Source of the DNA: Christensenellales bacterium
Lineage (GTDB): Bacteria; Bacillota; Clostridia; Christensenellales; SZUA-584
DNA length: 60,435 bases
Assembly: GCA_050943215.1 (NCBI GenBank)
Contig: JBMNOU010000005.1
Span: forward strand, 1 to 60,435
Direction of reading: 5' to 3'
Both the position numbers and the translations under genes were made by a program. Numbering within the stretch: the first letter of the stretch is position 1; each line of letters starts with the position of its first letter. Under the pieces are notes generated by a model that was not told the origin of the DNA, made no database searches, and saw nothing but the letters and a program-made list of their open reading frames with translations. Positions 1 through 8,897 of the stretch are shown here, in pieces.

Positions 1-125
1 GAAACTTCGCGCTCGAGAACTTTGGCTGCAATCTGGATCGCCATATCAGCTATTTCCAGCTTCATATCCCTACGCGTCTGCACTTTCTCAGCTTCAATTT
101 CCTTTTTCGCCCTCAAAACAAGATC
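1..125 (-). other. atpF: In-frame continuation of atpF beyond the internal TGA (C-terminal part of subunit b, runs off window)
   Basis: Same frame as 126..428. It has 41 sense codons reading DLVLRAKKEIEAEKVQTRRDMKLEIADMAIQIAAKVLEREV, the charged coiled-coil style of subunit b. Only the TGA at 126-128 separates it from the upstream part. Confidence 0.6.
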
Positions 126-428
126 TCAGGCATTTTCTTTTGCTTTGTCGAGTATTTCTTTTGCATGGTCTCTTGCCATCTCATTGCTTTTCTTAATAAT
201 GGCTGCAGCTTCATTATCCGCCTCAGCCATCATCTGCGCATATTGTTCTTTTTGCCGGATCAGCTCTTTATCTTTTGCATCAAGCTCATCCACTTTATCT
301 GCGAACGTATTTTCACGCTTCTTCATAAATTTCAAAATCGGTTTGTATACTAAAAGCTTGAGCACAATAAACAGTATAATGACGTTTAGAACGTGCACGC
401 CTATTTCTAAAACAGATAATTCCAGCAT
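126..428 (-). CDS. atpF: F0F1 ATP synthase subunit b, N-terminal 100 codons up to an in-frame TGA
   Basis: N-terminal TM helix (VLNVIILFIVLKLLVY) followed by a highly charged helical region. It lies directly downstream of atpE and atpB. It is too short for a full b subunit unless read through into 1..125. Confidence 0.8.
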   Translation of the reverse strand: MLELSVLEIGVHVLNVIILFIVLKLLVYKPILKFMKKRENTFADKVDELDAKDKELIRQKEQYAQMMAEADNEAAAIIKKSNEMARDHAKEILDKAKENA

Positions 429-469
429 ATTAGCACCTCACTCACAATATTGCCATTATTCATATGATA

Positions 470-691
470 TTATATTTTACCCATCATCAGAATGGCGATA
501 ACAAACCCGTAAATCGCTGTTGTTTCGGCAAAAGCCAGGCCGATCAGCAGCATCTGGTTGATTTTACCACTGGCTTCCGGCTGTCTTGCAACAGCTTCTG
601 TAGCGCGGCTTGTCGCGATACCCATGCCAATTCCCGCACCGAGTCCGGTAAACACCGCGATACCAACACCAATTGCAATAAGAGCTGTCAT
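470..691 (-). CDS. atpE: F0F1 ATP synthase subunit c
   Basis: 73 aa hairpin protein with a glycine-rich helix 1 (GLGAGIGMGI) and a carboxylate-bearing helix 2 (AFAETTAIYGFV). It sits between atpB and atpF. Confidence 0.95.
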   Translation of the reverse strand: MTALIAIGVGIAVFTGLGAGIGMGIATSRATEAVARQPEASGKINQMLLIGLAFAETTAIYGFVIAILMMGKI

Positions 692-719
692 TTTTTAATA
701 CCTCCATAAAATTTTATCT

Positions 720-1457
720 TTATCTTTTTGTCCCATAAACAACCGTTTCCTCCATGAACGAAAGCGTCAATACGAGGAAAATATAAGTCTGTATTCCGAC
801 ATGGAACAGGTTGAAATAGATCGATAACAATGCCGGTATACCTATCGATAGGTAGGTAACGCTATACATCAGATTCATAACGACCATGCCTGCAAACATG
901 TTTCCGAAAAGTCGGAAGGATAATGATACAGGAATGACCGCGTGTGTGACAATGTTAATCGGCAACATAAAGCTCTTCGGCTTTAGAAACCAGCGAATTC
1001 TGCCAAAAAAACCCGTATAATAAACACCGAAAGCGTTGATCAGCACAAATGACATTAGCGCCAGCGCGATTGTAAAATTGATATCGGTTCCCGGCGGCCT
1101 CAGTCCAAACAACTCAACGAGACTGGTACCAAAAATCATAATTGCTACAGTAAAAATATATGCGGCAAAAGAAGGCCCGCGTTTTCCAAGCGTCGTTTTG
1201 GTAAACTTCTCGGAAAACTCCACAAACATCTCCAAAACATTTTGAATTCCTTTTGGGACTGTTTTAAAGTTTCTCAGTATGAATATGCGTACAATGAGGG
1301 CAAAAAAAATGATGATCAGCATGACGGCCCATGTAATTATCATCGTCTCGCTTATCTGAATTCCAAATATAGTTATCTTTTCCGGAGTAACAGTAAACGC
1401 AACACCTTCAATTCCATTAGGATGTCCAACCATGTTCATCATTGTATTATTTACCAT
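720..1457 (-). CDS. atpB: F0F1 ATP synthase subunit a
   Basis: 245 aa polytopic membrane protein with the subunit-a arginine motif (SLSFRLFGNMFAG). Operon position is upstream of atpE. Confidence 0.9.
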   Translation of the reverse strand: MVNNTMMNMVGHPNGIEGVAFTVTPEKITIFGIQISETMIITWAVMLIIIFFALIVRIFILRNFKTVPKGIQNVLEMFVEFSEKFTKTTLGKRGPSFAAYIFTVAIMIFGTSLVELFGLRPPGTDINFTIALALMSFVLINAFGVYYTGFFGRIRWFLKPKSFMLPINIVTHAVIPVSLSFRLFGNMFAGMVVMNLMYSVTYLSIGIPALLSIYFNLFHVGIQTYIFLVLTLSFMEETVVYGTKR

Positions 1458-1459
1458 TA

Positions 1460-1735
1460 TTATAATCCTCTCCGTCCGTTTTTACGTCGTCCCAGTATAA
1501 ATACGGAGGCTGAAACGAGACCTAACAACATCCCGGCTGCCGTCCATATCAAATGCGCGAATGAAACGGTAGATATTAGATATAATATCAAAACAATGAC
1601 AGCCATCTTCAGAAGGAACAATAAGCCCCCGATTAGCTTCAACGATATGTTATCTCCAAGAATCATCCGCCCAAGTTTACTTACAGCCAACACCTGCAGT
1701 ACGCTTATGGCTATCCCAACAAATATTCCCCACAT
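1460..1735 (-). CDS. AtpI/AtpZ-like small membrane protein of the atp operon
   Basis: 91 aa with hydrophobic helices and a basic tail (RRKNGRRGL). It ends 2 nt before the atpB start, the usual position of ATP synthase protein I. Confidence 0.5.
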   Translation of the reverse strand: MWGIFVGIAISVLQVLAVSKLGRMILGDNISLKLIGGLLFLLKMAVIVLILYLISTVSFAHLIWTAAGMLLGLVSASVFILGRRKNGRRGL

Positions 1736-1750
1736 GACAACTCATTGTAC

Positions 1751-2791
1751 TCAAAAAGCTTCAAAAATGCAAGTATTTTGGTTTGAGAAGATATCCTTTG
1801 TCTTGCAGCATAATTTAGAATATAAGCGATTATCAGCATAAATATCCAGATCGTGTAGGTATAATCCACGGTGTACAATTTCTGTAAGTTTGTTTATTGA
1901 CAACGCCTCTCTATGGGTTTTTTGTGTGTTGTTCCATTGAGCAAAATCATCTGTGATATCAATCTCTTCCATCAAATCTTCTGCTCCAAAAGCCGCCAGC
2001 AGACCCCTGGCGTCAACGATTCGGGCCATTGCGTGCTTTTCGGCATGCTCGCCGCTTAGCGCTGGAATAAAATAATCGGCTCTTTTGGCCCCCCCGCCCA
2101 GAACGTATGCCAGCAGAGAATGAATATCCTTTTCATCCATGTATACCATTTCAATGATCTCCGCCGTTTTTCCTCCATAGTAAAGCATGTATGCCGTTGC
2201 TTCGTTATTTTTGACAAGAACTGCCGTTTTTCCTCCATCGGCAGCAAGTTCGCTGAGTCTCCACTGCCATTCTCGCTGACCGCGAATGACATAGCCGTCA
2301 AAAAAGCTCATCATTTTTCGGTAAATAGGGTTCAAAATGCGATAGTCATCCGTCTCTATAACAATAGATTTGGCCGATCTCTTTGCCGCAGCGGTGCTTT
2401 TTTTATATACATATGAATAAGCCGTCCAACCAAATTTTTCATAAAAACTATGTTTGAAGGGGTAAAGGTACGTGATTAGAATTCGACGTTCTTTCATCAG
2501 CCAAAGCGCTTTTAATAGCAGCGTACGCATCAGCCCCTCGCCCTGTCTATGCTTTGCCGTGGCCGCTCCCGCAATAAACATGGATTCAAACGGCCTGCCT
2601 TGAACGCTCACTCTATACGGTATTAAATGGACAACGGATATAAGGCCGCCGTCAAACATGCCAAGCGAATGGCCGGGCAGAACCTTATTTTTAAAATACC
2701 AATCGATAAACGCGTCAGAGTCGTTAAACGCTTCTTTCCAAAGTACCTTCGCGTCATGAATATCGCTTTTTTCAAGCAGCCGGATAACCAA
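1751..2791 (-). CDS. GNAT acetyltransferase, Eis-like (GNAT + C-terminal SCP2-like region)
   Basis: The N-terminus (IRLLEKSDIHDAKVLWKEAF ... HRQGEGLMRTLLLKAL ... LYPFKHSFYEKFGW) matches the acetyl-CoA binding core of Eis-type GNATs as I remember it. The 346 aa length fits the multi-domain form. Confidence 0.6.
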   Translation of the reverse strand: MVIRLLEKSDIHDAKVLWKEAFNDSDAFIDWYFKNKVLPGHSLGMFDGGLISVVHLIPYRVSVQGRPFESMFIAGAATAKHRQGEGLMRTLLLKALWLMKERRILITYLYPFKHSFYEKFGWTAYSYVYKKSTAAAKRSAKSIVIETDDYRILNPIYRKMMSFFDGYVIRGQREWQWRLSELAADGGKTAVLVKNNEATAYMLYYGGKTAEIIEMVYMDEKDIHSLLAYVLGGGAKRADYFIPALSGEHAEKHAMARIVDARGLLAAFGAEDLMEEIDITDDFAQWNNTQKTHREALSINKLTEIVHRGLYLHDLDIYADNRLYSKLCCKTKDIFSNQNTCIFEAF

Positions 2792-2796
2792 GTTAA

Positions 2797-3690
2797 TCAG
2801 CCTTTCACACAGTCATATTTTTTGATTAAAAAAACGGGGTAATAAGAAAGCTTGGCCTTCCTTAAACCCTCTAAGCCCATGTCTTCCTCCCGGTTGATAT
2901 ATTTGACATCTCTCCACTCATTTATCGCAAATTCCCTGTTTATAAGCGCATAAGCCCCCGACATATCCGGATTTGCCTTTTCAATATGAATGATCGCCAT
3001 ATCATCACCGAACTTTTCTCCGATCGAAAAGGCCTGCAGCATATTGTCAACAAACAGCAGTCCGCAAACCAGATTCAGCGCATCCAGGTTTAAAAGCGCG
3101 TTTTGTATTACAATCAATTCTTGGTTTAACCCTTCAGATATATTGCTTTTGTTTTGCATCCAGCTACGTTCAAGCGCGATACACGATTCATAATCATCAT
3201 TGGTATAACGGCGGTATGTAAAGCTGTGATTTTTTATAAGCTTATTGATATGATTCCTTTTAGCATGATATTTTTTACCCTCTAGCTTACATAAATCACT
3301 CGATAGATAAACGTATTCAAAGTTTGCCCGGTCGGCCGTAAACACATATTCGCCTGGGCAATCATTTTGTGTTTTATTCTTTATTTCCTCGGTAAAACCT
3401 TTCATAATAAATGTTCCATAGCGGCCGAGCATGTATTCTTCACACTTTTTTAATGGCTTTCCGATATTTATGTCGCAGTCCTGCAAATAAGGAGGCAGCA
3501 TAAAGAAACGCTTACCGTTATCTAAAAGAAGATACATCGCATATTCATCAACCGCCATTTTAATGTTCCATAACTTTCCCCACAGAAATATATTTGCAAA
3601 AGAGGCTTCAACGTTATGATACCCGTGACACAGCGTATATTCTTCGAAAAAAGGTTTGTCTTCTAACTTAAGTGCATTAAAATGTAGCAT
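2797..3690 (-). CDS. DUF2156 domain protein (lysyl-phosphatidylglycerol synthase C-terminal-like fold)
   Basis: 297 aa. The opening (LEDKPFFEEY...HNVEASFANIFLWGKLWN) is typical of stand-alone DUF2156 proteins. It lies 5 nt downstream of the GNAT gene end. Confidence 0.55.
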   Translation of the reverse strand: MLHFNALKLEDKPFFEEYTLCHGYHNVEASFANIFLWGKLWNIKMAVDEYAMYLLLDNGKRFFMLPPYLQDCDINIGKPLKKCEEYMLGRYGTFIMKGFTEEIKNKTQNDCPGEYVFTADRANFEYVYLSSDLCKLEGKKYHAKRNHINKLIKNHSFTYRRYTNDDYESCIALERSWMQNKSNISEGLNQELIVIQNALLNLDALNLVCGLLFVDNMLQAFSIGEKFGDDMAIIHIEKANPDMSGAYALINREFAINEWRDVKYINREEDMGLEGLRKAKLSYYPVFLIKKYDCVKG

Positions 3691-3832
3691 TTAAACTCCT
3701 TGAATCTTATCCATTTTCAACAATTATATATCAAAGGCCCAAAATCCTCAAAATATAATATTTCTAATTGATAAGTTTTTTTATTTCAATGGATGCCATT
3801 CTTGTATTTTGGGCGTTTAACAAAAGACTATA

Positions 3833-3867
3833 AAAGCATCCCGCTTGAATTTATTTTAGGATGCTTT
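3833..3867 (-). terminator. Putative intrinsic terminator after the 4Fe-4S gene
   Basis: 9-bp stem AAAGCATCC/GGATGCTTT with a 17-nt loop, 34 nt past the stop, followed on the minus strand by a U-rich tract (UUAUAGUCUUUUG). Confidence 0.45.
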
Positions 3868-3900
3868 AAACAAATTTTATCCGCTTTATCAGAATCATTA

Positions 3901-4593
3901 TTATTCAAGTATACCACCGTCCGGGGAAATAACAGTAACGCTCCAAGGAATCATCTTGCCGCTGTTTATAAGAGCCTGCCTGACTGCATTTTCTATACCC
4001 CCGCAGCAGGGTACGCTCATCCTTAAAACGTCTACACTTTTTATATCATTGTTTTTAATGATCTCAGTCAGTTTTTCTGTGTAGTCAACCATATCCAGCC
4101 TCGGACACCCAATCAGCGTGATTTTCCCTTTCATAAACCTGCTATGGATATTTGCAAAGGCAAACGCGGTACAATCTGCCGCAACCAGCAGCCGGGCGCC
4201 GCTAAAGTATGGCGCGCTAGCCGGTACCAGCTTGATCTGACACGGCCATTGCCCAAGCTCGGATACCTCGTCTTTTTCATACGAAGCCTGCTTTGATGGC
4301 TTTCTATCCAATCTTTGCGCATGAGCCGAAGGACATCCGCATGCCAGCGGTGCCTCTTTCTGCATCCGACGTTCAACAGCTTCCTTATCAAACGGCAGCG
4401 CTTCGCGTTCCTCAATTTTAATTGCACCCGTTGGGCATTCGGGCAGGCAGTCCCCGAGTCCGTCGCAGTACGATTCGGACACCAGCTTTGCTTTTCCGTC
4501 AACCAATTGCAGCGCGCCTTCATGGCATGCATTCACGCACAAACCGCATCCGTTGCATTTATCTTCATCAATGGTAATAATATTTCTTTTCAT
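3901..4593 (-). CDS. 4Fe-4S dicluster ferredoxin-domain protein with a Cys-rich C-terminal domain
   Basis: The N-terminus has two ferredoxin cluster motifs (CNGCGLCVNAC and CDGLGDCLPECP). The C-terminal part has further Cys pairs (GCPRL, VPCCGG). It is divergent from a Crp/Fnr regulator gene. Confidence 0.8.
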   Translation of the reverse strand: MKRNIITIDEDKCNGCGLCVNACHEGALQLVDGKAKLVSESYCDGLGDCLPECPTGAIKIEEREALPFDKEAVERRMQKEAPLACGCPSAHAQRLDRKPSKQASYEKDEVSELGQWPCQIKLVPASAPYFSGARLLVAADCTAFAFANIHSRFMKGKITLIGCPRLDMVDYTEKLTEIIKNNDIKSVDVLRMSVPCCGGIENAVRQALINSGKMIPWSVTVISPDGGILE

Positions 4594-4620
4594 TTTTTAC
4601 CCCCTTGATTTATTGGTTTG

Positions 4621-4663
4621 ATTATACTACACTGACAATAACAAATCTGTTGCATTTGCAACA
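4621..4663 (-). promoter_or_regulatory. Candidate class II Crp/Fnr-type promoter of the 4Fe-4S gene
   Basis: On the minus strand there is a TATAAT at 4621-4626 and no good -35. The 16-bp palindrome TGTTGCA-TT-TGCAACA (4648-4663) is centred about -41.5 if the -10 spans -12 to -7. Confidence 0.45.
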
Positions 4664-4767
4664 TCAGCTGTCTTTGGTCGGGTAAGATCTTAAGGTTTTT
4701 TTACTGAACAATCCCGTAACCATTGTACAATAATTTTGTTGCTGTAACATAATGTGGAGATAAACGA

Positions 4768-5463
4768 ATGAGAAATCTGATAACGAATATTAAAAATATC
4801 GCTTTATTTGCAGGGATACAAGAAAACGACCTTACAAATATGCTAAGCTGTCTTAACGCGACCGCAGCCCATTACCGTAAAGGCGATTATATTTTAATGG
4901 CGGGTGAGGAAACAAACGATGTGGGTATCGTTATCTTTGGAGAGGCAACCGAATATAAAGACGATATTCTCGGGAACAGGTCCGTGATTTCCCTTATCCA
5001 TCCCGCAAATCTATTCGCAGAAATATTTATATGCGCCGGGATGACAGTTAGCCCTGTCACAGTGGAGGCATCCGCTGAAACGGACATATTATGGTTATCG
5101 TTCAATAAAATTATGACGACCTGCTCAACGTGCTGCGTTTTCCACAACACGCTCATTAAAAATATGCTTGGCATTATAGCCAAAAAAAATCTAGCTCTCA
5201 ACGAGAAAATCGATCACATTGCCAAGAAAACAACAAGGCAAAAGCTGGCCTCATACCTAATCGGACAGGCAACACTAAAAAACAGTAACCGTTTTACGAT
5301 CAGCCTTGATAGACAAAAACTTGCCGATTATCTTTGTGTCAACAGAAGTGCACTATCACGGGAGCTGTCAAAAATCAGCAGCGAAGGCATACTCAGTTAT
5401 AATAAAAACCGTTTTATCATTCATCATGTTGACCAACTCGAAGAAATTTTGCTGACAGAATAA
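4768..5463 (+). CDS. Crp/Fnr family transcriptional regulator
   Basis: 231 aa with an N-terminal cNMP-binding-like barrel (GDYILMAGEETNDVGIVIFGEA) and a C-terminal HTH (RQKLADYLCVNRSALSRELSKI). Confidence 0.85.
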   Translation: MRNLITNIKNIALFAGIQENDLTNMLSCLNATAAHYRKGDYILMAGEETNDVGIVIFGEATEYKDDILGNRSVISLIHPANLFAEIFICAGMTVSPVTVEASAETDILWLSFNKIMTTCSTCCVFHNTLIKNMLGIIAKKNLALNEKIDHIAKKTTRQKLASYLIGQATLKNSNRFTISLDRQKLADYLCVNRSALSRELSKISSEGILSYNKNRFIIHHVDQLEEILLTE

Positions 5464-5500
5464 ACAGCTTATTGCTTTTTCTCAGCCGTTTTATGTTATA

Positions 5501-6730
5501 ATGAACATTAATTTGCCTAAAGAAAGGTGCTCTGCCATGGAGAATTCGAGCGGTGTTACATATGCTAAAGGGTTTACCGCCGCAGGTGTTGCGTCCGGTA
5601 TCAAGAAAAATGGCGGCAAAGATCTGGCGATCATCAAATGCGAATGCGTTTCTACAGCAGCCGGCATTTTCACAAAAAATATCGTAAAGGGCCACTCGCT
5701 TCAGCTTGGGCAAAAAAACCTCGCTAATAGCCGGGCACAAGTGGTCATCATCAATTCGGGAAACGCCAACGCGTGTCTCGCGCAGCGCGGTGAGCAGGAT
5801 GCGCTGATAATGGCCAGGCTCGCAGCCGACAAATTTGGATGTCTTCCCGAGGATGTATTAACAGCATCAACCGGCGTGATCGGCGTGCCTTTGCCGATAG
5901 ACTGTATTAAAGCAGGCATACAAAAAGCGGTTCTTTCCCGAAGCGGCGGGCTGGATGCGGCGCATGCGATCATGACGACCGATACTATGCCCAAACAAGC
6001 GGAAGAAAGTATTATCATCGGCGGCCGGGAAGTACGTATTGGCGGCATGGCCAAAGGCTCCGGTATGATTCATCCTAATATGGCGACAATGATATCTGTC
6101 ATAACAACTGACGCCTCCGTATCAGCAACAGCGCTCAAAGCGGCGCTAAAGGCAGCCGCCGACCGATCATTCAATAGGATATCGATCGACGGAGATACCA
6201 GCGTTTGTGATGAAGTATTGCTGCTTGCGTCGGGCCTTGCGCAAGATGACGAGATCCTCGAAGGCACAGCCGAATTCACGGCGTTTCTTGAAACTCTGAC
6301 AGCTGTCTGCATACGCTTGGCAAAAATGCTGGCGGCTGATGGCGAGGGTGCTACAAAGCTTTTAACGGTTTGCGTGTGTCATGCAAGAACAAAAAAAGAT
6401 GCATATACGATCGCAAGTGCGATTACCCGGTCACCGCTGTGTAAAACGGCCGCTTTCGGGAATGACGCTAACTGGGGTAGGCTGCTGACAGCTGCCGGGT
6501 ATTCAGGCGCGGTGTTTGATCCCGAAAAGGTTAATATATATATCGGCGATGTGCAGGTATGCAAAAACGGAGGTGCGCTGGCATTCGATGAAAGCCTCGC
6601 ATTGCAAGAACTGAAAAAGAGCAAGGTAACCTACACGCTGGATTTTAGAGACGGTGACGCTTTTGAAACCATGTGGACATGCGATTTTTCTACCGACTAC
6701 GTAAAGATCAATGCCAATTACCGGACATGA
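5501..6730 (+). CDS. argJ: Bifunctional ornithine acetyltransferase / N-acetylglutamate synthase
   Basis: Has the ArgJ self-cleavage region KGSGMIHPNMATMISVITTD and the conserved AIMTTDT. The likely true start is the ATG at 5537 (MENSSG), preceded by AAAGAAAGGTG. A TATAAT at 5497-5502 would then be the promoter. Confidence 0.9.
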   Translation: MNINLPKERCSAMENSSGVTYAKGFTAAGVASGIKKNGGKDLAIIKCECVSTAAGIFTKNIVKGHSLQLGQKNLANSRAQVVIINSGNANACLAQRGEQDALIMARLAADKFGCLPEDVLTASTGVIGVPLPIDCIKAGIQKAVLSRSGGLDAAHAIMTTDTMPKQAEESIIIGGREVRIGGMAKGSGMIHPNMATMISVITTDASVSATALKAALKAAADRSFNRISIDGDTSVCDEVLLLASGLAQDDEILEGTAEFTAFLETLTAVCIRLAKMLAADGEGATKLLTVCVCHARTKKDAYTIASAITRSPLCKTAAFGNDANWGRLLTAAGYSGAVFDPEKVNIYIGDVQVCKNGGALAFDESLALQELKKSKVTYTLDFRDGDAFETMWTCDFSTDYVKINANYRT

Positions 6731-6766
6731 CAGATAAGATAGGAGCACTATTTAAAGCGCTCTTTT

Positions 6767-7537
6767 TTATTCTATAGGATGATCTAAATATGCGTTATCT
6801 GACGCAGCTGTATCGCCATTATCCCCGTTATCCAGCCAGGAATACGTACGGTCGGAGGAGTTATCGTGTTTTGTTACCCGCAGCTTGAATCCGCGGTCAT
6901 CTGGTTTTCCCGACAATACCTGCGTATGGGAAGTTGCATAAACCTGAATGAAAATGGACACAATCGTAAGGCCAAGCGATACTCCGGCGACGATATATGC
7001 GTTGGCCGAAAGGTATTGTTCAATTGGCACAAGCACATTGCGATATGCGATGAAATCGGCCACATTAATCCCCTCAAAATAAATATATAACCCGAGAAAT
7101 GCTGCGGTGCACGCACCGAACAAAGAAGTGAATATTATAACAGCAACCTTTTTATAAACTACGGTCAGCAGGCCAGCCACCGTACATATTGTCAGGCAAA
7201 TCGGATATAGATATGCAAGATCATGAAGATTTAGCGCATATACCACGTATAGAAGCATCAGTGCGCTTCCCAGCAGTCCGTTAAAAAAACCGGCTATCCG
7301 CTTTAAAAAGAAGAGCACAATATAGATTGCGGCAATGCTCCCGCCAAAAAAGAGCCAGGTCATAAGCGTGTCCATTTCAAACAGGTCATAAATAAAAAGA
7401 TATATGGCTGCTTCAAAGACCGCCAATCCGCATATGGGCAAAAGAATTCTCGCAAGTTTATACCCAAAGAAACAAAAAATTAGCGCCAATGCAATGGCAA
7501 CACTGCCCCCGATCATTATTATCAAAGATAGATCCAT
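6767..7537 (-). CDS. Polytopic membrane protein (DUF4203/TMEM198-like), paralog 1
   Basis: 256 aa with about 7 hydrophobic helices and a hydrophilic tail. It resembles the neighbouring ORF 7554..8180 in layout. Confidence 0.5.
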   Translation of the reverse strand: MDLSLIIMIGGSVAIALALIFCFFGYKLARILLPICGLAVFEAAIYLFIYDLFEMDTLMTWLFFGGSIAAIYIVLFFLKRIAGFFNGLLGSALMLLYVVYALNLHDLAYLYPICLTICTVAGLLTVVYKKVAVIIFTSLFGACTAAFLGLYIYFEGINVADFIAYRNVLVPIEQYLSANAYIVAGVSLGLTIVSIFIQVYATSHTQVLSGKPDDRGFKLRVTKHDNSSDRTYSWLDNGDNGDTAASDNAYLDHPIE

Positions 7538-7553
7538 AATTTATACCTTTCCG

Positions 7554-8180
7554 TTAATGCGCGCTGGTTTGTTTGCTTGTGATGGCAAGCTGCACCACAA
7601 GGCCGATAAAAAACAATGCCGCAAGAGAAACCAGATATACTGTTGAAGTATACGCCCCATACATCACCTGTTGATCTGAGTATAACACAAGGGCTTGCGG
7701 CTGTATGTCGCCCCATAATTGATAAATGACTTGCGCAAGCGCAAACGCGCCGATAAACGACGTAAATATCGATACAAATATACGTCTTAAATTAAGCGTC
7801 AAAGCCCCGAAAACCGAGCTTATAATCAAGACAGGGATGTAAACATACCAATCGAGTACGTTCAGGTTAAATGCATCTGCAAACAATATACTTAAAAGGA
7901 CACCACCGCCAAACCCGATAAAGAATATACCAAGATAGACAAAGAACACAAACAAAGCCGCGCCCACTATGCCTGCGCCGATGCAGATCAGCAATGACGG
8001 AATGCCGCTTAGCGTCGTCAGCATATGGATCAGCGTGTTGGCTATTAAAAACCCTACGGCAAAACCGTATATCGCAACGATTATTTTCAGCCACCTGTTT
8101 CCAAAAAAGCAGAATATGACGCCGATTATAAAATAAACAACCAGCAACAGAACCGCTGTTGTTTGAGTATCCATATACAC
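7554..8180 (-). CDS. Polytopic membrane protein (DUF4203/TMEM198-like), paralog 2
   Basis: 208 aa, all-helical membrane protein, in tandem with 6767..7537 on the same strand (16-nt gap). Confidence 0.5.
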   Translation of the reverse strand: MYMDTQTTAVLLLVVYFIIGVIFCFFGNRWLKIIVAIYGFAVGFLIANTLIHMLTTLSGIPSLLICIGAGIVGAALFVFFVYLGIFFIGFGGGVLLSILFADAFNLNVLDWYVYIPVLIISSVFGALTLNLRRIFVSIFTSFIGAFALAQVIYQLWGDIQPQALVLYSDQQVMYGAYTSTVYLVSLAALFFIGLVVQLAITSKQTSAH

Positions 8181-8271
8181 CCCTCCCCCTCATATATTGT
8201 ACCACAGTGTTAAAAAAAAGCATATGTTTTTATAGGCAACACCTAAAATATACCCGGAGATGGCAACCGGT

Positions 8272-8766
8272 TTAGTTGAGCATCAGCTGCATACCGGGGA
8301 GAACTTCATCATTTGGCCCCAGGCAGTTTTTTTCCCTTATACTGTTAACTGATATGTTGTGTTTCAGGGCAATGTCTTCGATGCTTTCCCCGGTGCGTAC
8401 GCAATACAGCTCACCCGATATTACGGGTATGCTCAGCTTGTCACCCGTACGGATCTTTCCAGCGTCTTCAATGTTATTTGTCCTTAGTATAATCTGCATA
8501 GTTACTCCATACTTTTTTGCGATGCCATAAAGCGTATCCGTCGGCAATACTGTATAAATCTCGTACTGCATGGCCGGCCGGTGCGCATCTGCACACCGGT
8601 TGCAATAGCACTTTTTAGGTATCTTAATCTCTTTGCATGAAAATATATCCTGTACGTCGGTAAAAGCATTCGCCCTGATGATCATGCAAATAGGTACGCG
8701 GTAGTATACACTCAGCATCTCGAGCCTGTCTGTACGCCTCATTTTATGGATAGTCAACATTTCCAT
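8272..8766 (-). CDS. LysM peptidoglycan-binding domain protein
   Basis: Two clear LysM repeats (YTVLPTDTLYGIAKKYGVTMQIILRTNNI...GDKLSIP and YCVRTGESIEDIALKHNISVNSIREKN...PGMQLML) plus a degenerate N-terminal one. Confidence 0.75.
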   Translation of the reverse strand: MEMLTIHKMRRTDRLEMLSVYYRVPICMIIRANAFTDVQDIFSCKEIKIPKKCYCNRCADAHRPAMQYEIYTVLPTDTLYGIAKKYGVTMQIILRTNNIEDAGKIRTGDKLSIPVISGELYCVRTGESIEDIALKHNISVNSIREKNCLGPNDEVLPGMQLMLN

Positions 8767-8897
8767 CTCATGCCTCCTGATAAAAGAATATGCAGCCTAG
8801 ACTCTGTGATATACGTATCTTTTAATGAACCCTTTGCTCAAAATCGCATACGTTCTAAATCAAATGACCTTATGTATTTGGTCTGTTGATACCGCAA

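Noticed and set aside
126-128. Genome-wide TGA reassignment (code 4/25-like) or selenocysteine as the explanation for the atpF in-frame TGA.
   Set aside because: TGA terminates several well-defined genes in this window at the expected protein ends (argJ 6728-6730, apbE 25568-25570, the DUF362 gene 10055-10057). AtpF is not a known selenoprotein, and I see no convincing hairpin immediately 3' of the codon.
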